A stretch of 64,000 bases of DNA from a virus, in IMG/VR virus record IMGVR_UViG_3300025154_000068, positions 19,035 through 83,034 of that record; one strand, 5' to 3'. This document shows, in pieces, positions 46,000 to 55,401 of this stretch (its first letter is position 1; each line of letters starts with the position of its first letter). A program made the position numbers and the translations under genes. The notes under the pieces are model-generated. The model worked only from the letters and a program-made list of their open reading frames with translations. It made no database searches and was not told the DNA's origin.

Positions 46000-46835
46000 T
46001 CGCACACCTCCGGCACTTCGGCCCACACGCGCCCATCCAGCTCCGGGAGCTCCACGAGCCGACCGTCCACCGGGCCTTGCTTGTACAGAAACGGCACTCC
46101 AGCCTCTGCGCATTGGTCCCGAAGGCTCCGCACCCAATCGAGCTCAAGAGGACGCCCGAGGCGTTTTCCTGGGGCGCTCTCGCAGCCGCAGATGACCCAA
46201 CCAACGGGCCACTCCCACGTCCCACCCGTCGACGGGACGCGAGGGTCAGGGTGCTGTAGCCGCTCTCCGCTATTCGATATCAGAGTCGGCCTCAAATGAC
46301 GTCGAAAGTCAATCGCCCCCAACATCGGCTCGACGGACACCATCGTCTTGCACCTCAGTGCGAGCAGCTTCACCACATCGCGATCGGCCGCACCCTGGTC
46401 TTCGACCGTGATGCCCACACGGACGTGATCCGGGAATTCGCCGGGCTTCCACGGCAACAAGTGCGCGTTCTCGATCCTCTTCGTGAGAATCAACCACTCA
46501 AGATTCGTGGTCTCCTCGATGATGGAGCACGCCCGCTTGCGGGGCTCCACGAGCTCCGGTCGGTCCTCGAGGAAGTCGCCCATCGACATGCAGAACACCC
46601 GTGGCCGAACCCCAGAATCCGCGGCCTGCCGATTCCACACCAGCGGGTCAGACCAAACCTTGGGGGAGGCAATGCGCCGCTGGACGCCGTGCCCGAAGAC
46701 GTTCTTCCCCACTCGCTTTGCGAAGGCGTGGGCATAACACGCATCGCACGCTCGCCGGTCGGGAAGCTTCGCGCAACCCCACCAGAAGTTTTGCGTGGAA
46801 TCACACCAAGCTATGCCGGTTTTCGCTCCCATCAC
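45996..46835 (-). CDS. Phage Gp37/Gp68 (DUF5131) protein
   Basis: TGIAWCDSTQNFWWGC, CDACYA, LTKR, SVEPMLG, WVICGCES. Confidence 0.88.
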   Translation of the reverse strand: MMGAKTGIAWCDSTQNFWWGCAKLPDRRACDACYAHAFAKRVGKNVFGHGVQRRIASPKVWSDPLVWNRQAADSGVRPRVFCMSMGDFLEDRPELVEPRKRACSIIEETTNLEWLILTKRIENAHLLPWKPGEFPDHVRVGITVEDQGAADRDVVKLLALRCKTMVSVEPMLGAIDFRRHLRPTLISNSGERLQHPDPRVPSTGGTWEWPVGWVICGCESAPGKRLGRPLELDWVRSLRDQCAEAGVPFLYKQGPVDGRLVELPELDGRVWAEVPEVCE

Positions 46836-47410
46836 ATTGCCTCACTTCCAAACAGTCCAAACCCAATCTCCACCCCAAGCTCGTTGCCCCAGCACTCCCA
46901 CCCAGGCCGGTGACGCCTGGCGAAGAGCTCGACGCGTGGCCCCGCTCCGCCCGTCAGTCGCTCGATCAACTCGTATGTGGCCGCCGGCTTCTCCGAATGG
47001 GAGAGGCGAGGCGCACACACGACCGATCGAACAGCGTGGTCAACAACGAGCTTGAGCCCGTGGCCCCGCGATCCGATCAAACACACCTCGTGCTCGTGCC
47101 GCACGTACCGGCCCATCCCGAGGCGTCGAGGGGGTTCGCGGTCGCTACCCGTTTTCACCCACACAAATTCACTCTTCGGTTCGAATCCCCAGCACCGCAT
47201 GATGTCGAGAGCGTCCTGCTGCATTGCCGACACGCGCCACATGAACAGCAGCGCATCGGTCGCGATCGGCGGGAGTCGCAGAATGCGAAGGTCCGAAGAC
47301 GACATCACCCGGTAGTTTTTCGCCGCACCCCGCTTCTTGCCGGGGAGTCGATCGGAGAAGCGCCACGGGGGGTCGGCGAGGACGATGCGGGCGGGTTGGG
47401 ACAACATCAC
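46832..47410 (-). CDS. MT-A70 family adenine methyltransferase
   Basis: LADPPW, WVK, HSEKP, VELFAR..GWECWGNE. Confidence 0.9.
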   Translation of the reverse strand: MMLSQPARIVLADPPWRFSDRLPGKKRGAAKNYRVMSSSDLRILRLPPIATDALLFMWRVSAMQQDALDIMRCWGFEPKSEFVWVKTGSDREPPRRLGMGRYVRHEHEVCLIGSRGHGLKLVVDHAVRSVVCAPRLSHSEKPAATYELIERLTGGAGPRVELFARRHRPGWECWGNELGVEIGFGLFGSEAM

Positions 47411-48465
47411 CCGACCCCCGCGAAGAGCGTCCGTTGCTCGTCAATTGGCAGGCAGTGGGGCGAAAACCAGATCCGCTCGAGCTCGCGATTCGTGTTGGCC
47501 TCCGCGGCGTACCCTCGTGCCGCCTTCCACGCATGCTCGGCCCAGCTCGTCGGCATCTCGTGCTCGCCGGCATACCCACACAGCGCGATTCGGAGGTCCG
47601 GATCATCTCCGTGTTCGAGCGCCCACTCACGAACCAACGCGGAGATATTCGCGTCATCCTCAGAGTACATACCAGGGTCACGGAACTCGTGGCTGTATGG
47701 CGGGTCCAGGAACACGGCGCACGGGCGGCGTCCACCAACGTTCTTGCCCTTTCCCAGGACCGATGGGCTGACCACGCGCTTCCAGTCGCCGCACGCCACT
47801 CGCACCCGTCGGAGTCGGGCTTGGAGTTCGAGAAACCAGTCGGTGCATGGCGGAGCAGACACGCCGTGGAGTCCTCGGTCATTGCCTAGCGATGGAAGAT
47901 GGGTGCCTTGGGCAAGGCGTTGATGGCTGTGCACCCCGCGACCGGCGCAGGAGTCGGTGACGGACAGGTGAGGCAGTTGCTGGCTGAGGTGCGCCGCGTT
48001 CGCATGCACGCCCTTGCCGATGCCATCAAACTTTGGATGCTTGTGGTTGTTTGGTTCGACGCACCACCCGTCACCGATCCACTGGCAGATACCCCACACC
48101 CAGAACCCCGCGATTTTCACATCAAAGAAGTCGGGGTCGACGTGCATCTGCTCTCGGAGGTACGGGAGTTGGTCCACGAGCCACCTGTGACGGGCGTGTA
48201 GATCGGCTTCGTTCACCGGCCAGTCCGCATGACGGGCGACATCGGCTGGATCGGCGGATACCGCGCGCCAGAAGTTGGCGAGGTAGCGATCACGATCGTT
48301 GACCGTTTCGATCTTGCCCGGACCGCCTGGACGACCAAGGAGCACGGCAAGGCTTCCTGCGAATGGCTCGACGTAGTTTGGAACGTCGGGCCCAAACGCT
48401 CGCCAGACGACGTCAGCAACGCGGCGCTTGCCACCGAACCAGGGGAACGGAGCCTTGACGGTCAT
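47407..48465 (-). CDS. D12-class (Dam-like) DNA adenine methyltransferase
   Basis: PFPWFGGK, YVEPFAGS, ETVND, FLDPPY. Confidence 0.9.
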   Translation of the reverse strand: MTVKAPFPWFGGKRRVADVVWRAFGPDVPNYVEPFAGSLAVLLGRPGGPGKIETVNDRDRYLANFWRAVSADPADVARHADWPVNEADLHARHRWLVDQLPYLREQMHVDPDFFDVKIAGFWVWGICQWIGDGWCVEPNNHKHPKFDGIGKGVHANAAHLSQQLPHLSVTDSCAGRGVHSHQRLAQGTHLPSLGNDRGLHGVSAPPCTDWFLELQARLRRVRVACGDWKRVVSPSVLGKGKNVGGRRPCAVFLDPPYSHEFRDPGMYSEDDANISALVREWALEHGDDPDLRIALCGYAGEHEMPTSWAEHAWKAARGYAAEANTNRELERIWFSPHCLPIDEQRTLFAGVG

Positions 48466-48962
48466 GGCGCCTCCCAAGGAACCAGCTCCGCGGTCTTCCG
48501 CAGGTAGAGCGGGTGGCGTGGATGGCCGCACACTGTGGTCCCTAGGCACATTGGAGGACGGCCGCCGCATCCGAGCACTGCCGCAACCGCCCTCGCTCGT
48601 TCCCGCGCCTCTGGAAATGCGCCCCACCCAACAACGAGCACATTCGCGCGATCCGCCGCCGCGAATATCGCCTCGTCGTTACCCTCACCAACTGGGTCCG
48701 GATCGGTCAGCAACACCTTCGGATCCGGCGACACGATCGCGAAGAGATTGACGACCTCGAGGCCACCGCATCCCCACGCACGCGCAAACCCAACGCACCT
48801 GCGCAACGTCGGATCGAGCTCCGTCTCATTCGCGGTTGACGGGTTCAACATGCAGAAGCACGCGGGCTTCGCGTCGCTCCACCGTCGCCAGAGTCGGTAC
48901 CGGTACCGGCGATCGGCGGAGAAGTCAGCGCCAGCGTCTGTGCCGAACAGGGGGAGCGTCAT
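48462..48962 (-). CDS. DUF1643 family protein
   Basis: YRYRLWRRW, MLNPSTA, DPTLRRC, VVNLFA, PRHPLY. Confidence 0.88.
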   Translation of the reverse strand: MTLPLFGTDAGADFSADRRYRYRLWRRWSDAKPACFCMLNPSTANETELDPTLRRCVGFARAWGCGGLEVVNLFAIVSPDPKVLLTDPDPVGEGNDEAIFAAADRANVLVVGWGAFPEARERARAVAAVLGCGGRPPMCLGTTVCGHPRHPLYLRKTAELVPWEAP

Positions 48963-50572
48963 CGTTCCCCCAACGACGCGACGACTTCGGCCGGAGCAAC
49001 CCAGACCTGTCCGGTCCCGGATAGTGCCCACGTCTCAAGCGACGCCTGCGTCAGCGCGACGAGCATCTGCTCCGCGATCGCGCGCGCAGCTCCGACCGGC
49101 ACAGCATTCCCGATGCGCTCACGCCACGCGCTGGTCTTCGATCCCGCGAGCTGCAGCGGCCGGCCCTTCCATTCGGCGGGGAGGCCTTGGAGCACGGCGA
49201 GCTCGAGCGTGGTGAGCGGCCGATGCCACGTGCCGTCCGCAGCCACGATGAGAGGGGGCGGCGGTGGCTTGCGAGCGTCCTCAACCTTGAGCGAGAGCGC
49301 CTCCTGCCAGGTCATCACCCCACGGCGACGGGGGTCGGCCACGGAGTAGGCGCCCTGCCCTGGATGCGACCCGCCCGCAACCGTCGGACTCGATTCGTTC
49401 CAGCGAAGAACGCCGTAGCCGTGGTCGTACGCGGTACGGACTCGGGGGTCGGCCACGGCGCCAGCGGAGCAATGCCCCACCCGGCCCGACTGCCCCGTCA
49501 CGGCTGGGCTTGGGTCGGACCAGCGCACCACGCCCATCGTTCCGCGCCGCGGCGTGTGGTCGAGGGTGACGCGTGGATCGGCAACCGCGAACCTGCCGTT
49601 GTCCACGCATGCACTGCCCGTTACCGTTCCCGCGGGCTCATCCCATAACGAGACGCCGTACGATCCGCTCCGCGGTTCACACCCCAACCGAGGATCGGCG
49701 ACCGCGGTCGGGCCGTTGCTACCGCTCCCGGCGACTGTCGCTGAGGGTTCGTCCCACCGGCCCACATGGTGGCGGCGGAAGACCTCGCGGCGTGGTTGCC
49801 CGTCCTCCAGCACTCCCTCGAGGTCGCGCCAGTCTCCACCGGCTGGGATGAGCGCAAGGCGGAGCCAGTTCAACCACGAGAGTCGTGGCAGCTTGTGCAT
49901 CGGACCGCCTTCGTCGCCGCCTGGAATGGGGAGCTGCTCGAGCACCTCGCCGCATGCGCGCACCCGCAGCTTCGGAGGTTGGTAGAGCAGCGGGGGTACC
50001 TTCCCCGGGTGTCGCGCGACGAGCAGGTACCGACGACGATGTTGGGCGAGGCCGCCGAGCTCGCCGCAGTCATGCGACCCGGCGTGGAAGACGTAACCCG
50101 CGGCCCGTAGCATCTTGCGAACGCGACGGAGAAGGCCAGCGCCCCGGGTGGCGATGCGGGGGACGTTCTCGAGCAGGACGAGTCCCGGGGGATCGGCGCC
50201 CCACGCGTCGAGCATGAGCTTGACGAACTGGACCACCAGCCGGTTCATCGCCTGGTACTTCGACGACCGAGCCGCGGCCTTCGACAGAAGCCCCGAGAAG
50301 CCCTTGCACGGCGGACTCATGAACACGACGTCGGGCGCGCGCTCCCCCGCGAAGTCGCGGAGCTGCTCGACGGTCATGGTCGCGATGTCCGTGCACAGCG
50401 CTGGCGAATCGGTGAGGTAGACGAAGTCCTTGCAGCTCGAAGGGTCGTTGTCGATCCCGCCGATGGCTCGGAACTGGGCATCGACACCGAGCAGCTTGAC
50501 TTGCGCATCGAGGAACCCGCGGGCGCCACCACCCAACCCGCAGAACGGAAACAGCGCGGTGAAGGTCAGCAT
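48959..50572 (-). CDS. C5 cytosine DNA methyltransferase with repeated variable region
   Basis: FCGLGG, SPPCKGFS, LENVP, QHRRR, IGNAVP. Confidence 0.9.
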   Translation of the reverse strand: MLTFTALFPFCGLGGGARGFLDAQVKLLGVDAQFRAIGGIDNDPSSCKDFVYLTDSPALCTDIATMTVEQLRDFAGERAPDVVFMSPPCKGFSGLLSKAAARSSKYQAMNRLVVQFVKLMLDAWGADPPGLVLLENVPRIATRGAGLLRRVRKMLRAAGYVFHAGSHDCGELGGLAQHRRRYLLVARHPGKVPPLLYQPPKLRVRACGEVLEQLPIPGGDEGGPMHKLPRLSWLNWLRLALIPAGGDWRDLEGVLEDGQPRREVFRRHHVGRWDEPSATVAGSGSNGPTAVADPRLGCEPRSGSYGVSLWDEPAGTVTGSACVDNGRFAVADPRVTLDHTPRRGTMGVVRWSDPSPAVTGQSGRVGHCSAGAVADPRVRTAYDHGYGVLRWNESSPTVAGGSHPGQGAYSVADPRRRGVMTWQEALSLKVEDARKPPPPPLIVAADGTWHRPLTTLELAVLQGLPAEWKGRPLQLAGSKTSAWRERIGNAVPVGAARAIAEQMLVALTQASLETWALSGTGQVWVAPAEVVASLGER

Positions 50573-51945
50573 CGCCCCTCCGCCGCCCTGAGCTGCTCGG
50601 ACATGTTCCGCGGGTCGCCGATGAGCTGAGGCATGCGCGGCCCCCAGGGCGTCCAGGCCCTGGCTATCTCCAGATCCAGAAGCGCATCGTGGCCCACGTG
50701 AGTGGGCCGGACGTCGTCGAAATCATCAACGATGACAACCGCATACAAGTCGTGGCAATCTATGCCGCCCTTGCATTGCCGATCGTCGGATACGCCGGCC
50801 AGTAAAGCGGATTCGTTCGCGGCTTGAACCACGAGCGGCAGGAGTTGACCCAACGTGTCCACGCTCTCCAGGGCCATGCGATCGAGATGCCCTTCGGCGA
50901 GGTGGGCGTAGCGCTCCGTCTGCTTCAACGACGAGTGCCCGAGAAAGTCCCGGACCTCGATCATGGTGGGCGGCTTGCCGAAGTACCCGCTAACGAGCGC
51001 CGACGCCGCGGTGTGCCTCAGGTCATGCGGGCGAACGCGTCGGGTGATGCCGGCCTTCTCGAGCACCGTACGCCACACGCGGTCAAACCACTTGCCGTAG
51101 TAGCCGCCGAATGGGCCTGGGAAGGCGAGACCCTTGGGGTTGCGGCTAGTGTGCTCGGGCATCACCAAAGTCGTCCACACCTCCCATCCACGCGCCGCAA
51201 GCGGCATCCACGGCAGGATGCGCACCTTCTTGTTCTTCGTGGGCCCGTCGTTCTCCGACCCGAAGCGGATGACGATCCCGTCTGGCCTGACATCGGCCAG
51301 GTGGAGCGCCAGCCATTCCCATCGACGCAGGCCGGTGCCGACGAGAAAGGCTACGATCGCACGGTCGCGCGCCATGATGCTGTCGTTGCCGATGATGGAT
51401 CGCAGCTCGCCCATCGTGAGAAACGTCCACGCGTCGTCAGCCTTCCACCCTCGAGGCATGCTGACACGATGGGTCGGGTCGACCTGAATCATCTCGCGGT
51501 CGAGCGCGTACCGAAACACCTGCGTTACGACGGACAGATCAAGAGCTGTGGTGTTGCGCGAATACCCGTCGCCGTCGCTCCACTGCGCAAAGCGCGTATC
51601 CAGCCACAGCAGCAGATCGCGGCGAGCGATGGTGTCGATGGGCAGACGCGTCCACCGTTCCTTCGACACGCGCCCCACTGCTCCGCCGTAGGACCGAGAG
51701 AGACGGTCCTTGTTTGGGAGCGAATCGAACCACCGGTGCGCCACGGTCGACCACGTGTCACCGTCGATGGGCAGGATGCCGTCCTGCTGGTGGACGGCAA
51801 TTGCGGCGTCCAGGATGCGCTCTGCGGCCTCGTAGGTCGGCTGCGGGTCGAGGGGCTTTCGCCCCATGCAACGAGGCATCCTGGGGCGATAGACTCCGCG
51901 GTCCAGTACGATCGTTCCGGTCCCCGGCTTCCTCCTGCTGGTCAT
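50566..51945 (-). CDS. int: Tyrosine integrase with long C-terminal extension
   Basis: TGLRRWE, TKNKK, HDLRHT, FLGHSS, RYAH. Confidence 0.93.
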   Translation of the reverse strand: MTSRRKPGTGTIVLDRGVYRPRMPRCMGRKPLDPQPTYEAAERILDAAIAVHQQDGILPIDGDTWSTVAHRWFDSLPNKDRLSRSYGGAVGRVSKERWTRLPIDTIARRDLLLWLDTRFAQWSDGDGYSRNTTALDLSVVTQVFRYALDREMIQVDPTHRVSMPRGWKADDAWTFLTMGELRSIIGNDSIMARDRAIVAFLVGTGLRRWEWLALHLADVRPDGIVIRFGSENDGPTKNKKVRILPWMPLAARGWEVWTTLVMPEHTSRNPKGLAFPGPFGGYYGKWFDRVWRTVLEKAGITRRVRPHDLRHTAASALVSGYFGKPPTMIEVRDFLGHSSLKQTERYAHLAEGHLDRMALESVDTLGQLLPLVVQAANESALLAGVSDDRQCKGGIDCHDLYAVVIVDDFDDVRPTHVGHDALLDLEIARAWTPWGPRMPQLIGDPRNMSEQLRAAEGRC

Positions 51946-52130
51946 CCGAGCTTCCTCCTTCGCATCATGCTGCGGGCTTCCTGCATCGCCTCTTCCGACG
52001 CTTCGACCTTCGCCGAACGCGGCTTGCGGGGGCCAGGCGCCTTGGCCGACTCCTCGATGATGTCGGCGAGCTCGTCGGCGAATGCGGCCGCGGCACGACG
52101 AATCCTGGTCCTCATCTCCTGGCGGTTCAC
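51942..52130 (-). CDS. Small basic protein upstream of int (excisionase position)
   Basis: Coupled on both sides; basic. Confidence 0.45.
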   Translation of the reverse strand: MNRQEMRTRIRRAAAAFADELADIIEESAKAPGPRKPRSAKVEASEEAMQEARSMMRRRKLG

Positions 52131-52507
52131 CACATCACCTCGTCCGGGCCGTCCGGGTCGTGGTCTACGACCTCGAGCGTCTCTGGAAACACCCACCGCA
52201 CAGGCTTGCCGCACTTACGAGCGTAGGCGACCTCCTTCGTGACGCCATCGGACCCGCGCCATCCGTCGAGCATGCACACCCAGACCTCAGCGCATCCGTC
52301 GATGAGCGCGTGGTCGTACGCTTGCCACCATCCGAAGCCGCCTGGCAATCCGCCGCGGACCGCGATCGGGTGGGTGTGAGCGATCGGTGACAGCACGTGA
52401 TGCCCTGCCAGCAGAAGGCGGCCGGCCACGTCGCAGACGGCTTCGAAGCGTTGCACTTCGACGGCGGGATCGTCGTGCGTGTAGGGGCTTGCGAGGTAGG
52501 CTAACAC
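52127..52507 (-). CDS. DUF1937 family protein
   Basis: YLASPY, SPIAHTH, LDGWRGSDGV..E. Confidence 0.8.
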   Translation of the reverse strand: MLAYLASPYTHDDPAVEVQRFEAVCDVAGRLLLAGHHVLSPIAHTHPIAVRGGLPGGFGWWQAYDHALIDGCAEVWVCMLDGWRGSDGVTKEVAYARKCGKPVRWVFPETLEVVDHDPDGPDEVMW

Positions 52508-52791
52508 TGGGTCGCCTCCGCAATTGCAGCCTTGAGCCCACGAATCTCTCGCACCACATCGGTGAGCGTCATCGAGCCTTCAAGCCCAGCGACGTGGTGG
52601 TCGACGGCGCGGTGCAGCGCGGACTCCAGCGAACCGAAGTATCCGACCGCGCGCCACACCTCTTCCCCGGCGCGAACCGAAGGCTTGCCAGAAACGCTGG
52701 TCTCGCCGATGGTGTGTAGACGCTGCAGGATAAACTCAGCCTTGCCCGGGCTGGTCTCGACCCGCAGGTCCTTGGTGAGCGTCAGTATCAC
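52501..52791 (-). CDS. Hypothetical phage protein
   Basis: FILQR...GYFGSLESAL; coupled. Confidence 0.6.
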   Translation of the reverse strand: MILTLTKDLRVETSPGKAEFILQRLHTIGETSVSGKPSVRAGEEVWRAVGYFGSLESALHRAVDHHVAGLEGSMTLTDVVREIRGLKAAIAEATQC

Positions 52792-53048
52792 TTCGCCCTC
52801 CGAATCTTCGTAACGACGCCGCTTGAATCCGTGGCAGCGGCAACCGCGCGCTCGACGTCCTCGTCTCCGAGGTCCGCAACCATCGAGGCGATTTCATCGT
52901 CGATCGTGTCGATCGCTTCCTTCTCCTCGGTCATGACGCGCTTGCGCTCGGACTTGTGCCAGGCGCGGAGCTGGAGCTTCTGCACGAGCTGAGCGAACCG
53001 ATCGGCACGCTCTTCGTCGGTGAGGTGGAATAGTCGCATTTGTGCCAT
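52788..53048 (-). CDS. Hypothetical protein
   Basis: Coiled-coil 86 aa; coupled. Confidence 0.55.
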   Translation of the reverse strand: MAQMRLFHLTDEERADRFAQLVQKLQLRAWHKSERKRVMTEEKEAIDTIDDEIASMVADLGDEDVERAVAAATDSSGVVTKIRRAK

Positions 53049-53059
53049 CTAGATAAGCC

Positions 53060-53227
53060 TCATGCATGGTCGAGAATGCGGAAAATGCTGAACTCGGTGA
53101 GCGTCGCGAGCAGGGCGCCGTCGCTCACTCGGCGCATCTCCGAACCGACCGGGCACTGACGCAGCCTGGAGAACCCGTCGCGGCCGCAGATCGCGAGGCG
53201 CTTGCCTTCGTGGACGATGATGTACAT
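53060..53227 (-). CDS. Small hypothetical protein
   Basis: TGATG coupling with upstream gene. Confidence 0.45.
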   Translation of the reverse strand: MYIIVHEGKRLAICGRDGFSRLRQCPVGSEMRRVSDGALLATLTEFSIFRILDHA

Positions 53228-53802
53228 CAGCCTTCCTCCCTGGCAAGCTCGTGGCGAAGCGATGCCAGCGCCATCTCGACGTCCGCCAGCTTCTCGGAGA
53301 GGGACTTGCGTTCTTCGGCATCGATGGACCCATCGAGCATGGCAGTGCGCCACTCGGCGGCAACGTCGCCAACCTCCGCGTGCAGGTCGTCCATTAGGTC
53401 ACGCAGCGAGCGAGACCGGTCCGTGATGTGCGAGGCGTACTGAACATGGGACAGGGCCGCCGTCAGCGTTGCCAAGGCCACGTCACGTCCCCTGCGGCTG
53501 GACTCGGCCATGGTCAGCAATCGCCCAAGCGGCACGGTGCGCGGGTGGTCAGCGTCACTCCACCAGGTGGCGAGGTTGCGCGACACGCCAGCAGCGTCAG
53601 CAGCTGCACGCTGGCTCATTCCAGCTGCGCCCAGGGCGATCGCAAACGCCCTCGACGCAACGCCTTTGCACTGGGCTACCGCGTAGTCAGACGCACGCCT
53701 CGGCTTGGCCACTGACGGGCCTGGCGCCTGGGTCGTATCCTTTCCAGCATGGTTGGCGTTGCATTCATCCCGAATCGTTGCTACGTTCTGCATTGCAATC
53801 AA
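53227..53802 (-). CDS. CII-like phage regulatory protein
   Basis: HTH MSQRAAADAAGVS; EVGDVAAEWRTAMLDGSIDAEER C-terminus. Confidence 0.65.
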   Translation of the reverse strand: MIAMQNVATIRDECNANHAGKDTTQAPGPSVAKPRRASDYAVAQCKGVASRAFAIALGAAGMSQRAAADAAGVSRNLATWWSDADHPRTVPLGRLLTMAESSRRGRDVALATLTAALSHVQYASHITDRSRSLRDLMDDLHAEVGDVAAEWRTAMLDGSIDAEERKSLSEKLADVEMALASLRHELAREEG

Positions 53803-53844
53803 CCTCCGTGTGTGCCCGGGTACCAGCCGGGCACATTCGTTTTG

Positions 53845-54216
53845 TCAGGCGACCTCGGTCGGCGTGATCCAGAGCCTCGCTGGTCCGAAGTCGAAGCCTC
53901 GATCCGATGCGAAGGTTGCGAACTCCGCCCATGTCTTTTCGGCGTGCGCGATGCTCGACTTGAACGGCTCCGACGACTCGATCTCATCGAGAGGCATGGC
54001 CGTCTCGAGGAAGTCAGGGCACCCCAGCGCGTAGAACCCTACAAGGAAGCGCCCGTCCTCGTAGGGGAACTCAACACATTCGGCCTGCCCCCATCCTCGA
54101 TTCTTGCCCGACTTTCGCCACGCCTCGGAGAGGTCTTCCATCTTCTCCCATGCGGCTTCGGGGTCGGCATCCGCGTACTCAACCCCAACCAACAACGCCA
54201 ACGTCATCTGTCCCAT
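53845..54216 (-). CDS. Hypothetical protein
   Basis: GGAGG RBS; 123 aa. Confidence 0.6.
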   Translation of the reverse strand: MGQMTLALLVGVEYADADPEAAWEKMEDLSEAWRKSGKNRGWGQAECVEFPYEDGRFLVGFYALGCPDFLETAMPLDEIESSEPFKSSIAHAEKTWAEFATFASDRGFDFGPARLWITPTEVA

Positions 54217-54228
54217 CGTGTTCCTCCC

Positions 54229-54396
54229 TCAGTTCTCGCGGCCAGCCAGCGGCCTACGCAGCTCCCACTGCACCAGAGTCATCGCGAGCACCAAGCCCCA
54301 CCGAGTGACCGGGATGCGGCCGTGGTAGAGGATGTTCTGCGACATCACGAGCACGACCTCAGCGTGGGTGGGCAGGTGGCGATCGGTGGCGAGCAT
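54229..54396 (-). CDS. Small hypothetical protein (55 aa)
   Basis: Read manually; GGAGGA RBS, GC3-rich codons. Confidence 0.45.
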   Translation of the reverse strand: MLATDRHLPTHAEVVLVMSQNILYHGRIPVTRWGLVLAMTLVQWELRRPLAGREN

Positions 54397-54479
54397 TCAG
54401 ACGTGTCCTCCGAATGCCGTCTCTCCGGCTGTCACGCCTGGTCTGTTGCCCCGGCGTTCGGGATTCTCTGTAGAGCCTG

Positions 54480-54618
54480 CGGGGTGCCCAGGAGTCGAAC
54501 CTGGCTTGCTCCGCCGTCGGCACTGACTCCCTGGGGTCAGAGAGCCGAGCAGCATGCTGTGAGCCTCCCGTCCGGTGTCTTGCGGCAACGCCCATGTTCC
54601 ACCGGGTGGTTGCACCCC
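54480..54618 (-). ncRNA. tRNA-like structured RNA (139 nt)
   Basis: GGGGTGC/GCACCCC acceptor stem, CCAGG-TTCGACT-CCTGG T arm, two long internal stems, no canonical anticodon arm. Confidence 0.6.
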
Positions 54619-54864
54619 TACCGTGCTTCCCAGGCAACATTGGGCGGTGTCAGCCGTCGTCCTGGGCCCGTCGTTCAGTCTGGCCGACGGGAAGCGCGTA
54701 GGGTCTACACGCGTCGCGGGCTGTGCTGTGCGACACTGATCACCTCCGTTCTGGTAGATTGTGGATGGCATCGTTGTTTCGCGGTTGATCTCATCGGCCG
54801 TGTGGCCGGCACCTCGAAAGCCCCGGGCCTGGTGGCTGCGGGGCTGGTACGGACGCTGGGGAGG

Positions 54865-55104
54865 TTAGGGAGGACTCTTTCTCATCTCCGCATGCGCGGG
54901 GCAGTAGTCACGGTCGGGGCCCACGTTCGTTGCGCATCGCGAGCACATCGGGCGGTCGCAAGTCTGGCCCTCCTTTGGCCCGCGCAACGGCCAGTCACAC
55001 AGCAGGGTTGCGACTCGGCCGCACTTGCATCGCGTCTTGGGGCCTCGACTGCACGCGATACCAATCACGGAACCATCAGCGGACTTGAATGGGACACAGG
55101 GCAT
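54865..55104 (-). CDS. Small Zn-finger protein
   Basis: CKCG..LCDW..TCDRPMCSRC..DYCPAH. Confidence 0.65.
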   Translation of the reverse strand: MPCVPFKSADGSVIGIACSRGPKTRCKCGRVATLLCDWPLRGPKEGQTCDRPMCSRCATNVGPDRDYCPAHAEMRKSPP

Positions 55105-55290
55105 CTACTTGTCCTCCGCGCACACGATCGACCAGCCGCACGACTGGACGGGGTTCGGATCACACGCGGCCTTGCAGTCGCTGGCGCGGTAGGTGCCAAC
55201 AACCACTGCCGCAACGGCAGCCACTACGACGATAAGCACCACGCCGATGAGTCCGGGCCCAACGTCAAACTGGGTATCCCGAAGATGCAT
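55105..55290 (-). CDS. Small membrane protein with Cys-rich tail
   Basis: TM helix then CKAAC..C..C. Confidence 0.45.
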   Translation of the reverse strand: MHLRDTQFDVGPGLIGVVLIVVVAAVAAVVVGTYRASDCKAACDPNPVQSCGWSIVCAEDK

Positions 55291-55401
55291 CTACACAGCC
55301 CTCCGAAGCCAGAACAGGCGCCCCACAAGGCGGCACCAATCGCCTCGAGCGTCGAGAAAGACCGGGTGGCGGTAGCCCTTGGGCATGAGGCGGAGTCGCA
55401 T

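Noticed and set aside
45418-50572. Restriction-modification system (DUF559 nuclease plus methylases)
   Set aside because: DUF559 and VRR-NUC genes are common in phage replication modules; nothing links them to the methylases as cognate restriction enzymes
50810-50840. GGTTCAAGCC T-loop-like sequence in int tail as attP core
   Set aside because: Loop length and flanks do not match a tRNA 3' half convincingly
54480-54618. Canonical tRNA or tmRNA call
   Set aside because: No assignable D arm or anticodon loop; far too short for tmRNA; kept only as tRNA-like ncRNA
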